Assembly: GCA_023261645.1 (NCBI GenBank)
Contig: JAHFOO010000002.1
Coordinates: 1-63,178 of the forward strand
DNA: 63,178 nucleotides
Source: Candidatus Moraniibacteriota bacterium
Lineage (GTDB): Bacteria > Patescibacteriota > Minisyncoccia > Moranbacterales > UBA1568
Direction: 5' to 3'
A program made the position numbers and the translations under genes. Within the stretch, counting starts at the first letter, position 1, and every line of letters starts with the position of its first letter. Shown here piece by piece: positions 50,408 through 60,639 of this stretch. Under the pieces are notes generated by a model that was given only the letters and a program-made list of their open reading frames with translations, did not search any database and was not told where the DNA came from.

Positions 50408-50716
50408 ATGCTCGCGATTATCAGAACTGGTGGAAAGCAGTACAAGGTTTCCGAAGGTCAGAAAGTGAAGATTGAAAAGCTTGAAAAAGAAGTCGGTGAT
50501 ACCGTTGCTTTCGAAGTGCTCTTTACCGGTGACGAAAAAGATGTGCAGGTAGGAACTCCTGTCTTGGAAAAAGCGGTTGTGGAAGGCAAAGTGATCGCAC
50601 AAGACCGTCATGACAAAGTGAAGGGTATCAAACACAAAGCCAAAAAGCGTTATCTCGTACGTTTTGGTCATCGTCAGACTTATACTGAAGTGGAGATCAC
50701 AAAAATTACCGCATAG
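50408..50716 (+). CDS. rplU: 50S ribosomal protein bL21
   Basis: AIIRTGGKQYKV, FGHRQTYTEVEI. Confidence 0.97.
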   Translation: MLAIIRTGGKQYKVSEGQKVKIEKLEKEVGDTVAFEVLFTGDEKDVQVGTPVLEKAVVEGKVIAQDRHDKVKGIKHKAKKRYLVRFGHRQTYTEVEITKITA

Positions 50717-50733
50717 ATTCCTCTAAAAATTTC

Positions 50734-50768
50734 AAAGCCCGTATGGATGATACCGTACGGGCTTTTTA
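50734..50768. terminator. bidirectional terminator
   Basis: AAAGCCCGTATGG/CCGTACGGGCTTT. Confidence 0.7.
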
Positions 50769-50787
50769 TGGATCGATTTTCTCACTC

Positions 50788-50964
50788 TTATTTTTCTTCC
50801 TGCTTAGACGAAATCGGATGCTCGTCGATTGCAGATGGCTGTTGTTGGTGCGAGCGTGCGAGTAGTGTGACTTTTTGAGAAGCAGATTCCATTGCTGCCT
50901 CAATGACTTCATAGGGAATAAAATTATTTCCCATCCTTGGTTCAAATGGTATAAGCTCGAGCAT
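50788..50964 (-). CDS. small hypothetical protein (58 aa)
   Basis: ATG 50964 preceded by AAGGAG; ends at the rplU terminator. Confidence 0.55.
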   Translation of the reverse strand: MLELIPFEPRMGNNFIPYEVIEAAMESASQKVTLLARSHQQQPSAIDEHPISSKQEEK

Positions 50965-51044
50965 TTGCTTCTCCTTGGGTTCGGTGATGAACAAAAAACA
51001 AGCCTGATAGCTTGTTGATACGAAGGTACTCACTAGCTTCCGTA

Positions 51045-51641
51045 TTATACCAGTTCCTTGCGATTTGTCAATGAGGCTGTGAGTGTCATCTCATCGGCAT
51101 ATTCGATATCACCGCCGGTTGCCATACCTCTTCCGATACGAGTCACTTTGATATCAAATGGTTCAAGTTTTTTCTTCAGATAGAGGGCGGTCATATCACC
51201 TTCGGTAGTTGGGTTGGTGGCGAGGATGACTTCTTTGATATGGTCGTTTTCTACTCGATGGAGGAGTTCGCTTATGCGGAGATTGCTACTGTTATCGTTT
51301 TTTCCACTTTCGAGTAAACCTCCCAAGACGTGATAGAGTCCCTGATATATTCCCGTACGTTCGATAGCGATGACATCCAGAGGTTCTTCGACGAGACAGA
51401 GGGTATCTTGTATACGTTTCGTATCGGTACAAATCATACACAATTCGCCTTCAGCGATATGGAAGCAACGCGTACAGCTTTTCAGATGGTGGAGTTCTTC
51501 GAGACTTTCGGAAAAACTTTGCAGTCTTTCTTCATCTTGTTTGAAGAGATACAGCACGATACGTTCGGCCATTTTCGGCCCAACAGAAGGAAGGGTGGAA
51601 AAATGCGCGATCAGGGATTGAAATACTTTCGGATAATGCAT
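51045..51641 (-). CDS. recR: recombination mediator
   Basis: LPSVGPKMAER, C4 zinc finger, YHVLGG, ATNPTTEG, EYADEMTL. Confidence 0.96.
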   Translation of the reverse strand: MHYPKVFQSLIAHFSTLPSVGPKMAERIVLYLFKQDEERLQSFSESLEELHHLKSCTRCFHIAEGELCMICTDTKRIQDTLCLVEEPLDVIAIERTGIYQGLYHVLGGLLESGKNDNSSNLRISELLHRVENDHIKEVILATNPTTEGDMTALYLKKKLEPFDIKVTRIGRGMATGGDIEYADEMTLTASLTNRKELV

Positions 51642-51660
51642 ATTTCTTCAATAGAGCATT

Positions 51661-53019
51661 TTAATCGTTGTGGAGTTTTTCAAGCGACTTGAATGTAGCG
51701 GCGTTTTCGTCAAAGAAGAGCTGGATTTTCCCCACGGGTCCGTTGCGATGTTTGGCGATGATGATGTCGGCGATGTTTTTGTTCGGTGTATCAGGTTTCA
51801 CACGGTCTTCACGATAGAGGAAAAGTACGACGTCAGCATCCTGTTCGATAGAACCTGATTCACGCAAATCGGAAAGTTTCGGGATCTGATCGGGACGGGA
51901 TTCTACGGCACGAGAGAGTTGCGAAAGAGCGATGAGCGGAATATTGAGTTCGCGAGCGAGTTGTTTCAATCCACGGGAGATTTCTGATATTTCCTGGACA
52001 CGATTGTCACCTTTACTGCTCCGGCCTTCCATCAACTGGAGATAGTCGACGATGATGAGTCCGAGATTGTGTTCTGCCTGCAGGCGACGGGCCATCGTAC
52101 GCATTTCCATAATATTGAGCGAACCGGAATCGTCGATGAAAATAGGAGCCTCTGAGAGCACTCCCATAGCGTCTGAGATGCGTTCAAAATCGTTATCTGG
52201 GCCTTCACTGGAGAGTTTGCCGGTACGCAGTTTCCAGAGGTCGACTCCTGCCTGGGAAGCGATCATACGGTCAACCAATTGATCGGAGCCCATTTCAAGT
52301 GAGAAGATACCTACCGGTACTTTGGAATGAACACCGACTTGTCGGGCGATGTCGAGGGCCAATGATGTCTTTCCGACAGAAGGCCGAGCGGCCAATATGA
52401 TAAGATCGGATTTCTGCAATCCTGCCAGGATATTATCGAGATCCGGATAGTGTGTCTGTACACCGCGGAAAGCGTGGTCGCTTTTGTGGAGTTCATCGAT
52501 ACGATTGAACGCCACTTCGAGGATGGATTTGATCGGAACGAAATCTTGTTTGATGTATTTCTGAGAAACGGCGAATATTTTCTGTTCGGCTTCATCGAGA
52601 ATCTTTTGGACGTCCTCTGATTCATCATAACCGATTTCGACGATATCGCTTGCCGCACTGATGAGACGGCGCAAGAGAACTTTCTTCTGAACCACTTTGG
52701 CATAATGAACGACGTTGGTAGCGGATGGAACGGAATTGACGAGAGAAGCGAGATAATTCGAACCGCCGACTTTTTCGAGCTTGCCTTTTTCTTCGAGCTT
52801 GTTGGCAAGCGATAAGACATCGATCGGTTCGCGATCTTCGTAGAGCGCGAGCATCGTTTCGTAGATCAGATTGTGATCATCTTTGTAGAAATCGCCCACT
52901 TTGATCAGATCGGCGATTTTGATGATGGCATCCTTATCGAGCATCAAAGAGCCAAGAACGGATGTTTCGGCTTCGAGGTTATGCGGGGGAACACGGAGAT
53001 GTTCTGCTATTTTTGCCAT
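51661..53019 (-). CDS. dnaB: replicative DNA helicase
   Basis: PPHNLEAE, AARPSVGKT, VDYLQL, SQLSR, DLRESGSIEQDAD; no intein. Confidence 0.98.
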   Translation of the reverse strand: MAKIAEHLRVPPHNLEAETSVLGSLMLDKDAIIKIADLIKVGDFYKDDHNLIYETMLALYEDREPIDVLSLANKLEEKGKLEKVGGSNYLASLVNSVPSATNVVHYAKVVQKKVLLRRLISAASDIVEIGYDESEDVQKILDEAEQKIFAVSQKYIKQDFVPIKSILEVAFNRIDELHKSDHAFRGVQTHYPDLDNILAGLQKSDLIILAARPSVGKTSLALDIARQVGVHSKVPVGIFSLEMGSDQLVDRMIASQAGVDLWKLRTGKLSSEGPDNDFERISDAMGVLSEAPIFIDDSGSLNIMEMRTMARRLQAEHNLGLIIVDYLQLMEGRSSKGDNRVQEISEISRGLKQLARELNIPLIALSQLSRAVESRPDQIPKLSDLRESGSIEQDADVVLFLYREDRVKPDTPNKNIADIIIAKHRNGPVGKIQLFFDENAATFKSLEKLHND

Positions 53020-53111
53020 TGCGGTATGATTATCGTGTTTATATCCTATTATACCCGAGTATCGAAGAGAATTCAAATGAGAGATATCTTTTGGAAAGAG
53101 GTGCTTCATTA

Positions 53112-53140
53112 TTGACAGTAGAGCCATTTTTTAGTATACT
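53112..53140 (+). promoter_or_regulatory. sigma70-type promoter
   Basis: TTGACA-17 nt-TATACT, pointing into the dnaB-cysS gap. Confidence 0.65.
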
Positions 53141-53193
53141 GCGCCCATACTGAATTTCTGGTTCTTTTTTCATCACATTTTTGGAGATTCGAA

Positions 53194-53391
53194 ATGTTTC
53201 ATACAACAGTTGAGTTTTCCGGTAACACCCGGTCTGTCCAATGAGATGTCGATCGTTGGAAGGAATCCAATAGAGACCCCCGTTCGGTCAGAAGCGAGAT
53301 GCGGATTTCTTCTGGCGAGGATGTGAAAATGACGATTTTTTTCACCGAGAAAGAAGTAGATAATAACAGCGGGCCGAACAATGGGAGCTGA
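53194..53391 (+). pseudogene. 65-codon ORF interrupted by an in-frame TGA at codon 17
   Basis: Promoter, GGAG 7 nt before ATG, TGA at 53242-44, frame continues for 48 codons to TGA 53389-91 just before a terminator. Confidence 0.5.
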
Positions 53392-53404
53392 ATTGCTCGA
53401 ACAC

Positions 53405-53440
53405 AAGGGGCAGGAGTACGGATGTACACTGCCCCTTTAA
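53405..53440. terminator. bidirectional terminator
   Basis: AAGGGGCAG/CTGCCCCTT with an inner GTAC/GTAC stem. Confidence 0.65.
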
Positions 53441-53457
53441 ATTTCCAGAGAATATCT

Positions 53458-54873
53458 TTAGAGCTTTTTGATACGGTAGCTTCCTGGGATATCTTCTATT
53501 TTGTACCCACGCTCGATAATGAGGTCACGCAGACGATCAGATTCGGCAAAGTCTTTTTTGTTACGAGCTTTTTCGCGAGCTTCTGCGAACGCACTGATCT
53601 CTTCCGGTATGATGGTTTCTTCTTGTTTCAATCCGAAAAGGAAGAATATTTTTTCAAAAACGAGAGTGAGTGCCGTACGATTTATCGGTTCATTCTTATC
53701 CAAGAGCGTATGTATCTTTTTCGCCAGTTCCAATGTCACTGCCAGGGCTTCCGGTGAATTGAGATCATCTTGCATCGCTTCACGCACACGGATAAGGAAA
53801 TCTTCGCCATCAAATGCAGTATCATTGTCTTGTCCATTCGGAATGGCGGAAAGTTTTTCTGTGACGACGAAAAGCGTCTCTTTGTTTTTCTTCGCCTGTT
53901 CCAGCGATTCCCAAGTGAAATTCATCTGACTGCGATAATGAGTGCTTACGAGGAGCATCCGGAAATCCATCGGAGAAAACCCTTTGTCTATGATATCTTC
54001 GAGTGTGTAGAAGTTGCCTTTGGATTTGGACATTTTTTCACCGCTGACGAGGATGTGACGCGTATGCATGAAGTAGCGAACGAAAGGTTTCTCGGTGACA
54101 CCTTCGGACTGGACGATCTCCGCTTCGTGATGAGGAAAGATGTTGTCTTCTCCACCGGTATGAATATCCAGTGTATCGCCGAGATATTCCATACTCATCG
54201 CACTGCATTCGATGTGCCAGCCAGGATAGCCTTCACTCCACGGCGATGTCCAGTGCATCAGATGCCCCTCCGGTGCCTTGAGCCAGAGAGCGAAGTCCCA
54301 TGGATTCTTTTTGTCAGGATGTTTCTCCAAGCGGGCACCGACTTTCAGATTTCCGAGTGTGTTGCCAGACAGTTTTCCATAGTCGGGAAATGTCGTCACA
54401 TCGAGAAACACATTGCCATTTTTCTCGTAAGCATGCCCCTTTTGTATGAGTTCTTCGATAAGATGGATCATCTGTTTCACATGCGCCGTGGCACGAGGGA
54501 AATAGTGAGCCGGCTCGATATTCATCAATGCCTCTTTCTGATGAAAATAGTCTTCATAGAAAAGAGCGATTTCTGCCGGAGTTTTTTTCTCTGCGAGAGC
54601 CTTTTTTTCGATTTTGTCTTCCCCGCTGTCTCCTTGAGCGATATCATCATCAGTCAAGTGGCCGACATCAGTGATGTTTTTGATCATCCGTACTTCATAG
54701 CCGGCGTCTTCGAGGACACGCCGAAGTGTATCAGCAAACGTGTATGCCCGAATATTGCCGATGTGGATATATCCGTAGACCGTCGGACCACAGACATACA
54801 TCCCGACCTTGCCGGGATTAAGAGATTCAAAAATTTCTTTTTTCTTTGAAAGAGTATTGTAGAGAGTGATCAT
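53458..54873 (-). CDS. cysS: cysteine--tRNA ligase
   Basis: YVCGPTVY, HIGN, GWHIECSAM, KMSKSKGN. Confidence 0.97.
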   Translation of the reverse strand: MITLYNTLSKKKEIFESLNPGKVGMYVCGPTVYGYIHIGNIRAYTFADTLRRVLEDAGYEVRMIKNITDVGHLTDDDIAQGDSGEDKIEKKALAEKKTPAEIALFYEDYFHQKEALMNIEPAHYFPRATAHVKQMIHLIEELIQKGHAYEKNGNVFLDVTTFPDYGKLSGNTLGNLKVGARLEKHPDKKNPWDFALWLKAPEGHLMHWTSPWSEGYPGWHIECSAMSMEYLGDTLDIHTGGEDNIFPHHEAEIVQSEGVTEKPFVRYFMHTRHILVSGEKMSKSKGNFYTLEDIIDKGFSPMDFRMLLVSTHYRSQMNFTWESLEQAKKNKETLFVVTEKLSAIPNGQDNDTAFDGEDFLIRVREAMQDDLNSPEALAVTLELAKKIHTLLDKNEPINRTALTLVFEKIFFLFGLKQEETIIPEEISAFAEAREKARNKKDFAESDRLRDLIIERGYKIEDIPGSYRIKKL

Positions 54874-54875
54874 AC

Positions 54876-55784
54876 TTAGAGCCATTTCTTGATTCTGAAG
54901 ATTGTAATCGTTATAAGAGAGAGGAGCATCATAAACCCGGCGTGAATCCAGAAGGCATGAGGATTGTTAGCGAAAGGAATCGTGGCGCTCATAGCGAGCA
55001 TATTGGAGTACACTGTCATCGGAAGAAGAATAGCCGAGAAAATCGTCAACACCTTCATTGTCAAATCGAGTTTATTGGAGAGGAGCGAATTGTTGGTGGC
55101 TTCGAGAGCTTCGATGGTTTCCTTCTGACTTTCCAGGATATTCCAGAGGCGGATATTGGTTCCGATCAAATCTTGGAAATATACTTTTATGTCGGTAGGA
55201 ATGAACGGATGATTTTTTTGGAGGATGGATTCGAGAATCGAGCGTTGAGGTTTCAAGGTTCGGCGAAAATTGAGAATATCACGTTTGAGGACGGAAATTT
55301 CAAAAACCATTTCTTTTTCCTTGCCTGCAAAAACCTGTGCTTCGATGGTATCGAGTTTTTCGCTGATGTGGTTCAGTCGTGGGAAACAGGAATCGAGGAG
55401 TATTTCAATCAGATCATGCAAGAGATGTGTCGGCGTTTTTTCGAGTGACGTTCGTCTTTTTCCTTCACTCTTTTCGAGGTCTTCAAGAAATTTGTTGATT
55501 TGATAGATGCTTTGCCTGTGACTGGTGATGAGATGGTGTTCCGTAAGAATGATGTCGAGTTCACCGGGATAGGTCGTCCTGTGTTCCACATCAAACAGAG
55601 GAATATGGATGGAAAGGAACAAACAGTTGTCATATTGGACGACTTTGGGCTGATATGTAGGTGTGACAAGCTCTTCTATCGCGAGTGGATGGATATCGAA
55701 GTTCTCCTGCAGATAGGTGATATCATCATTTTTTGGATCCTCAAAATCAATCCAGGTTATCTTTTTGTGTTGGATAATTTTCAT
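54876..55784 (-). CDS. corA: CorA-family divalent cation transporter
   Basis: HPLAIEE, MKVLTIFSAILLP, two C-terminal TM; the GMN signature reads MYSNM/AMS here. Confidence 0.85.
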   Translation of the reverse strand: MKIIQHKKITWIDFEDPKNDDITYLQENFDIHPLAIEELVTPTYQPKVVQYDNCLFLSIHIPLFDVEHRTTYPGELDIILTEHHLITSHRQSIYQINKFLEDLEKSEGKRRTSLEKTPTHLLHDLIEILLDSCFPRLNHISEKLDTIEAQVFAGKEKEMVFEISVLKRDILNFRRTLKPQRSILESILQKNHPFIPTDIKVYFQDLIGTNIRLWNILESQKETIEALEATNNSLLSNKLDLTMKVLTIFSAILLPMTVYSNMLAMSATIPFANNPHAFWIHAGFMMLLSLITITIFRIKKWL

Positions 55785-55870
55785 CTCTCTTTATGTTAGT
55801 TTCTGTCTGTTTAGTATATCAAGCAAAAACGGAATTGACAAAGTCATCAGGATAGGACTATGATTTCGAT

Positions 55871-56107
55871 ATGATGAAGAAATTTCTTCTTTCGCTTATT
55901 CGATTGTATCAGAAAACCCTCTCACTCGAGCATGGGTTTATGGGCAAGGTGTTTGGAGAACGTTTTTGTCGTTTTCATCCGACGTGTAGCGCTTATACAT
56001 ATGAAGCCATCGAACGCTATGGTGTCGTACGGGGAGGTTTTATGGGATTGAAACGTATTCTTCGTTGCCATCCATGGAATGATGGGGGGTATGACCCAGT
56101 AAAATAG
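55871..56107 (+). CDS. yidD: membrane protein insertion efficiency factor
   Basis: [10 protein letters not shown]...[14 protein letters not shown]. Confidence 0.93.
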   Translation: MMKKFLLSLIRLYQKTLSLEHGFMGKVFGERFCRFHPTCSAYTYEAIERYGVVRGGFMGLKRILRCHPWNDGGYDPVK

Positions 56108-56122
56108 ATTCGTAGTAGCTTA

Positions 56123-56376
56123 ACAACCGAAAGGAGTAAAAAATGTTTTCTCTTGAATTTTTTCTGGATGAATTGCGTGCAATTCCACCTCTTTCCTTGG
56201 ACACCGCACTCTTGTCTGTCAAAATAGAAAGAGAGCGTTCTTTCTGTAAGGAAGATGAGAAACGGGAATATATGAATCGTTTTAACAAACCTCGATTCGA
56301 ACGTCATGTAGCAGAATCAAAACTGAGAAAGGGATAGTATACGATGAGAGTAGCACTGTTACACAACCGAAAGGAG
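56123..56376 (+). repeat. 14-bp direct repeat ACAACCGAAAGGAG flanking the 64-aa ORF
   Basis: Exact copies at 56123-56136 and 56363-56376. Confidence 0.85.
56143..56337 (+). CDS. small hypothetical protein (64 aa)
   Basis: AAAGGAG Shine-Dalgarno; followed by a terminator. Confidence 0.6.
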   Translation: MFSLEFFLDELRAIPPLSLDTALLSVKIERERSFCKEDEKREYMNRFNKPRFERHVAESKLRKG

Positions 56377-56400
56377 CTTCAAATAAGCTCCTTTTTTTCT
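56370..56400 (+). terminator. intrinsic terminator
   Basis: AAAGGAGCTT/AAGCTCCTTT plus T-run. Confidence 0.75.
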
Positions 56401-56414
56401 TTATCTTTTCTAGA

Positions 56415-56455
56415 TTGGCACTCTACTTGACAGAGTGCCAATCACTATTTATAAT
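56415..56455 (+). promoter_or_regulatory. CIRCE operator overlapping the sigma70 promoter of hrcA-grpE-dnaK
   Basis: TTGGCACTC-N9-GAGTGCCAA (56415-41); TTGACA (56427-32)-17-TATAAT (56450-55). Confidence 0.92.
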
Positions 56456-56504
56456 AGAAACACAGAGTAAATTATCAAACATTTCGTACCTCTCATTTTC
56501 ATAT

Positions 56505-57290
56505 ATGAATGATCGTCAAAAACAACTTCTCTCAGCGATTGTCGAACTCTACAACGAGACGGCAATACCGGTTGGTTCGCAAGCGCTTGTCAATCGCTAT
56601 GATTTCAAAGTGAGTTCTGCAACTCTCAGGAGCGATATGGCGATACTTGAAGAAGAGGGGTACTTATATCAACCGCACGTATCCGCCGGACGTATCCCTA
56701 CTGATGTCGGCTATCGTATATATGTGGAAGAGATGATGAGGGATCAGGACCTCTCGCGAGATGATCAACGACATCTCCAGACGGAACTCCTGACACTCAA
56801 AGCGAAACATATGCGTCTCGGACGGAGCACTGCCAAACTCCTCTCAGCGCTTTCTGGCAATCTCGCCGTCTCAGGCATTTTGAGAAAACCTGCCAGAAAC
56901 ACTTCTGACGGTACAGAGGATATTGGCGTGGATGAATTCTATGATTTCGGAATGAAAGAATTGATTGAGAAACCGGAATTCAAGGAAATTGATGAATTGT
57001 GCCGATTGGTAGAAACGCTTGATTCTCTTGACGAGCAGGTAGACGGCATAATGCTCAAACTCAAAGACGATGAGACCCGTATTTTCATCGGAAGTGAGAA
57101 TCCGATTACCGGTATCAATAATTGCTCGATGATTGTCGCACCGTATCAGACAGGGGAAGGACGAGGAATACTTGCGATTATCGGGCCGAAACGTATGGAC
57201 TATGCCAAGAACAAATCCCTCATCGAATATATGAAGAAACTGCTTTCCTCTTCCTCGATCGTTATGGTTCTCTTGGTCTCTCTCTCATAA
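56505..57290 (+). CDS. hrcA: heat-inducible transcription repressor (short form)
   Basis: RQKQLLSAIV..Y, SSATLRSDM, PHVSAGRIPTDVGYR, IGPKRMDY. Confidence 0.93.
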   Translation: MNDRQKQLLSAIVELYNETAIPVGSQALVNRYDFKVSSATLRSDMAILEEEGYLYQPHVSAGRIPTDVGYRIYVEEMMRDQDLSRDDQRHLQTELLTLKAKHMRLGRSTAKLLSALSGNLAVSGILRKPARNTSDGTEDIGVDEFYDFGMKELIEKPEFKEIDELCRLVETLDSLDEQVDGIMLKLKDDETRIFIGSENPITGINNCSMIVAPYQTGEGRGILAIIGPKRMDYAKNKSLIEYMKKLLSSSSIVMVLLVSLS

Positions 57291-57293
57291 ATT

Positions 57294-57419
57294 ATGAAAT
57301 CAGGGGAAAAAGAAAAACAGAAAGAAAGCGATGGAGAGAAGGATCAGGAAGCATTGTCAGCAGAAGAAAGACAGAAGCAGTTTGAACGTATAAAAAATAG
57401 ATTAACCCATTCGTCATAA
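57294..57419 (+). CDS. candidate 41-aa charged small protein
   Basis: MKSGEKEKQKESDGEKDQEALSAEERQKQFERIKNRLTHSS fills the hrcA-grpE gap, with a TATG start like the neighbours. Confidence 0.5.
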   Translation: MKSGEKEKQKESDGEKDQEALSAEERQKQFERIKNRLTHSS

Positions 57420-57439
57420 TACGATAATCATATAAAAAT

Positions 57440-58033
57440 ATGACTCAAAAAAAACAGCAAAAATCAGATATCGAATCAGAAGAAACTACAATCGAACCAT
57501 CTGAGCCGACAGAAATCACCGAAGAGATGGAAGAACGATCCGAATGGCAAGTAAAGGCGGAAGAATACTTGGCAGATCTGCAGAGAGCACAAGCAGACTT
57601 CGAGAATTACAAGAAACGACAAGAAGAGTCACAAAAAGATTTACGAGGGATTCTCATAGAGAGATTGATACTTGATATCGTCCCTGTCCTCGATAACTTC
57701 CGTTCAGCGACACAGCATGTACCGCCCGAACAGAAAGAGAGTCCCTGGGTGATCGGCATCCAGTATATCGAGAAACAACTCGAAACAGTCCTCACTGACA
57801 ATGGCGTGCAAACGGTAGAAGTGAAAGAAGGAGATGTATTCGATCCCAGTATTCATGAAGCTGTAAGCAAAGCTGAAAGCCCTGAGCCTGTCGAAGGGGC
57901 AAGTAAAGAAGAAGCCGAAGGCAGTGAGCCTGTCGAACTGAAAAATGAGGGAAACAAAATAGTGAAAGTCCTCCAAAATGGATTCAAACTCGGAGGCAAA
58001 GTCATCAGACCAGTCAAAGTTATTATTCAATAA
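57440..58033 (+). CDS. grpE: nucleotide exchange factor
   Basis: RAQADFENYKKR, FDPSIHEAV, GFKLGGKVIRP. Confidence 0.96.
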   Translation: MTQKKQQKSDIESEETTIEPSEPTEITEEMEERSEWQVKAEEYLADLQRAQADFENYKKRQEESQKDLRGILIERLILDIVPVLDNFRSATQHVPPEQKESPWVIGIQYIEKQLETVLTDNGVQTVEVKEGDVFDPSIHEAVSKAESPEPVEGASKEEAEGSEPVELKNEGNKIVKVLQNGFKLGGKVIRPVKVIIQ

Positions 58034-58059
58034 GTAATTAAGCAAATAACAATAATCAT

Positions 58060-60003
58060 ATGGCAAAGATACTCGGAATCGATTTGGGGACGACGAACTC
58101 GGCGATGGCATTCGTCGAAGGTGGTTCTCCATCAATCATCGAAAACAAGGAAGGCAATCGTACGACACCATCTATGGTGGCCGTATCAAAGACAGGAGAA
58201 CGATTAGTAGGACTTTTGGCCAAGCGCCAGGGTGTGACCAATCCGGAGAACACGCTTTTCTCCGTGAAGCGTCTCATCGGTCGTCATTTCGGCGACGATG
58301 AAGTGAAGCGTGATATGAAAACGCTTCCCTACAAGGTGGTCCAATCCGGAGAAGGTGTGAAGATCGTGATGGGAGGCAAGGAGTATTCACCGCAGGAAGT
58401 TTCTGCGATGATCCTCGGTAAATTGAAAGCCGATGCTGAAGAAAAACTCGGTGAGAAAATCACGGATGCGGTCATTACCGTGCCTGCCTATTTCGATGAC
58501 TCACAACGCAAAGCCACCAAAGAAGCGGGGGAGATCGCTGGATTCAATGTCCGTCGTATCATCAACGAGCCGACCGCAGCCGCTCTCGCTTATGGTTTCA
58601 ACAAAAAGAAAGACGAGAAAATCGCTGTTTATGACTTGGGAGGTGGAACATTCGATATTTCTATTCTCGAAGTCGCCGAAGATACGGTCGAAGTGAAATC
58701 GACCAACGGTGATACGCACTTGGGTGGAGATGATTTCGACCAACGTATCATTCATTGGATACTCGATGAATTCAAGAAACAAGAAGGCATCGATCTTTCC
58801 AAAGACCCTCTCTCACTGCAACGCATCAAGGAGTCTGCTGAAAAAGCCAAGATCGAACTTTCGACAGCCAATGAAACAGAAATCAATCAGCCGTTCATCA
58901 CAGCCGATGCGACCGGCCCGAAGCATATGCTCATCAAGCTAACGCGAGCCAAGCTCGAAGAATTGGTCGGTGATCTCGTCGAAGCCTCATTTGAACCGGT
59001 GAAGAAAGCTCTCGCTGATGCGAAACTCTCTGTTGCTGATATAAGTGAAGTGGTGCTCGTCGGTGGTATGACTCGTATGCCTCTCGTTCTTGCGAAAGTG
59101 GAAGCATTCTTTGGCAAGAAACCGAACATCACCGTGAACCCTGATGAAGTCGTCGCTCTCGGCGCCGCTATTCAGGGAGGTGTACTCGAAGGATCTGTGA
59201 AAGACGTTCTGTTGCTCGATGTCACTCCACTGACATTCGGTATCGAAACTATGGGAGGGGTCCGTACACCACTCATCGATAGAAACACAACTGTACCAGT
59301 ATCTCGTTCTCAAGTCTTTTCAACTGCATCTGACAATCAACCATCAGTGCAGATCCACGTTCTCCAAGGTGAGCGTGAAATGGCAGGGGATAACAAGTCC
59401 CTCGGACAGTTCATCTTAGATGGTATTCCACCGGCACCACGCGGTATTCCGCAGATCGAAGTGACATTTGACATCGATGCTTCCGGCATCCTCTCGGTCA
59501 CTGCGAAAGACAAAGCCACCAACAAGACTCAGTCCATCCGGATCGAATCATCCACAGGTTTGTCCAAAGATGAAATCGAACGGATGAAGAAAGACGCCGA
59601 GATGCATGCCGATGAAGACAAACACAAGAAGGAACTTATCGAAGCACGCAATATGGCTGATTCTCTTTCATACACCACAGAAAAGTCTATGAAAGATGCT
59701 GGTGACAAACTCACTGCAGAAGAGAAAGCCCCGGTAGAAGAGGCCATCACGGAACTCAACAAAGTGAAGAATGGTGATGATCTCGAAGCGATTAAGAAAG
59801 CCACCGAGACTCTCTCCACCTCTGCCCAAAAGATTGGTGAGAAGCTCTACAAGGCGGCTCAGGAAGCTGAAGCTACCAAGCAAGGCACAACAGCTGAAGC
59901 CAAACCAGAAGGTGAAGCAGGTACAACCGAAGCTCCAAAGGAAGCTGAAACCGAACCCGCTCCAGCCGAAGCTGAAGGCGACAAACCAGCAGATGAGAAG
60001 TAA
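58060..60003 (+). CDS. dnaK: Hsp70 chaperone
   Basis: [32 protein letters not shown]. Confidence 0.99.
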   Translation: MAKILGIDLGTTNSAMAFVEGGSPSIIENKEGNRTTPSMVAVSKTGERLVGLLAKRQGVTNPENTLFSVKRLIGRHFGDDEVKRDMKTLPYKVVQSGEGVKIVMGGKEYSPQEVSAMILGKLKADAEEKLGEKITDAVITVPAYFDDSQRKATKEAGEIAGFNVRRIINEPTAAALAYGFNKKKDEKIAVYDLGGGTFDISILEVAEDTVEVKSTNGDTHLGGDDFDQRIIHWILDEFKKQEGIDLSKDPLSLQRIKESAEKAKIELSTANETEINQPFITADATGPKHMLIKLTRAKLEELVGDLVEASFEPVKKALADAKLSVADISEVVLVGGMTRMPLVLAKVEAFFGKKPNITVNPDEVVALGAAIQGGVLEGSVKDVLLLDVTPLTFGIETMGGVRTPLIDRNTTVPVSRSQVFSTASDNQPSVQIHVLQGEREMAGDNKSLGQFILDGIPPAPRGIPQIEVTFDIDASGILSVTAKDKATNKTQSIRIESSTGLSKDEIERMKKDAEMHADEDKHKKELIEARNMADSLSYTTEKSMKDAGDKLTAEEKAPVEEAITELNKVKNGDDLEAIKKATETLSTSAQKIGEKLYKAAQEAEATKQGTTAEAKPEGEAGTTEAPKEAETEPAPAEAEGDKPADEK

Positions 60004-60017
60004 GGAAAGGAAAGTTA

Positions 60018-60068
60018 AAAGGCCCGGGCGAATGATATCGCTTCGGGCCTTTGTGTGTTTGTTTTTTT
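60018..60068. terminator. bidirectional terminator
   Basis: AAAGGCCCG/CGGGCCTTT. Confidence 0.72.
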
Positions 60069-60095
60069 GATGGTCGGGAGAGAAAATAGTTGTCA

Positions 60096-60512
60096 TCAAT
60101 GGGTGACCGGATCACTTCGGAAGTCCAGAAATCTTTCCGGGAATGTCTCCGGACCTTCAAATGGATAAAATGACACATTCACGCCAAGAATATCACCCCA
60201 TTCAGTCTTGGTGTTGTTGTTTGTCAGAATGTCGAAAGGTTCTTCGCGATAACAGTACGTGTGCAGTTTGGATCGGAACGTCGCGGTAATCATGCCAGGG
60301 TGTTTCAAATCGTTGTAAACATCGATGGATACTGAAGATGATTGAAAGTAAATATCAGTCTCGAGCAGGAGCTTGCAGAAGGTACTGACCTTGTCGTATC
60401 TTGATAGTGCTAGACAGACGATTTCATTGTCTGTATATCCGACATAAATGTTGTATCGGAAGCCTTCTCGGATCTGTTTGTCACCGATGATGGAGATTCT
60501 GGGAAGCGTCAT
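60096..60512 (-). CDS. hypothetical protein (138 aa)
   Basis: Own promoter (minus TTGACA-17-TATACC, 60545-60573) and AAAGG leader. Confidence 0.72.
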   Translation of the reverse strand: MTLPRISIIGDKQIREGFRYNIYVGYTDNEIVCLALSRYDKVSTFCKLLLETDIYFQSSSVSIDVYNDLKHPGMITATFRSKLHTYCYREEPFDILTNNNTKTEWGDILGVNVSFYPFEGPETFPERFLDFRSDPVTH

Positions 60513-60639
60513 AATAAACCTTTCGATTGTTAAAGAACACCTTTGGTATAGTGTTTTTTCGTACTCTTGTCAATGAAAGCTCTCTATGAGAGGTGTCTTT
60601 GGAATATGTGCTAGAATATGAAAATGATTCAATGATGAT

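Noticed and set aside
34281-50716. rpmA and rplU separated by 16 kb on opposite strands
   Set aside because: bL27 has no N-terminal extension needing Prp; operon break-up is ordinary in reduced genomes.
53173-53429. Two minus-strand 76-77 aa ORFs between dnaB and cysS
   Set aside because: Promoter, SD and terminator all support the plus-strand interrupted ORF instead.
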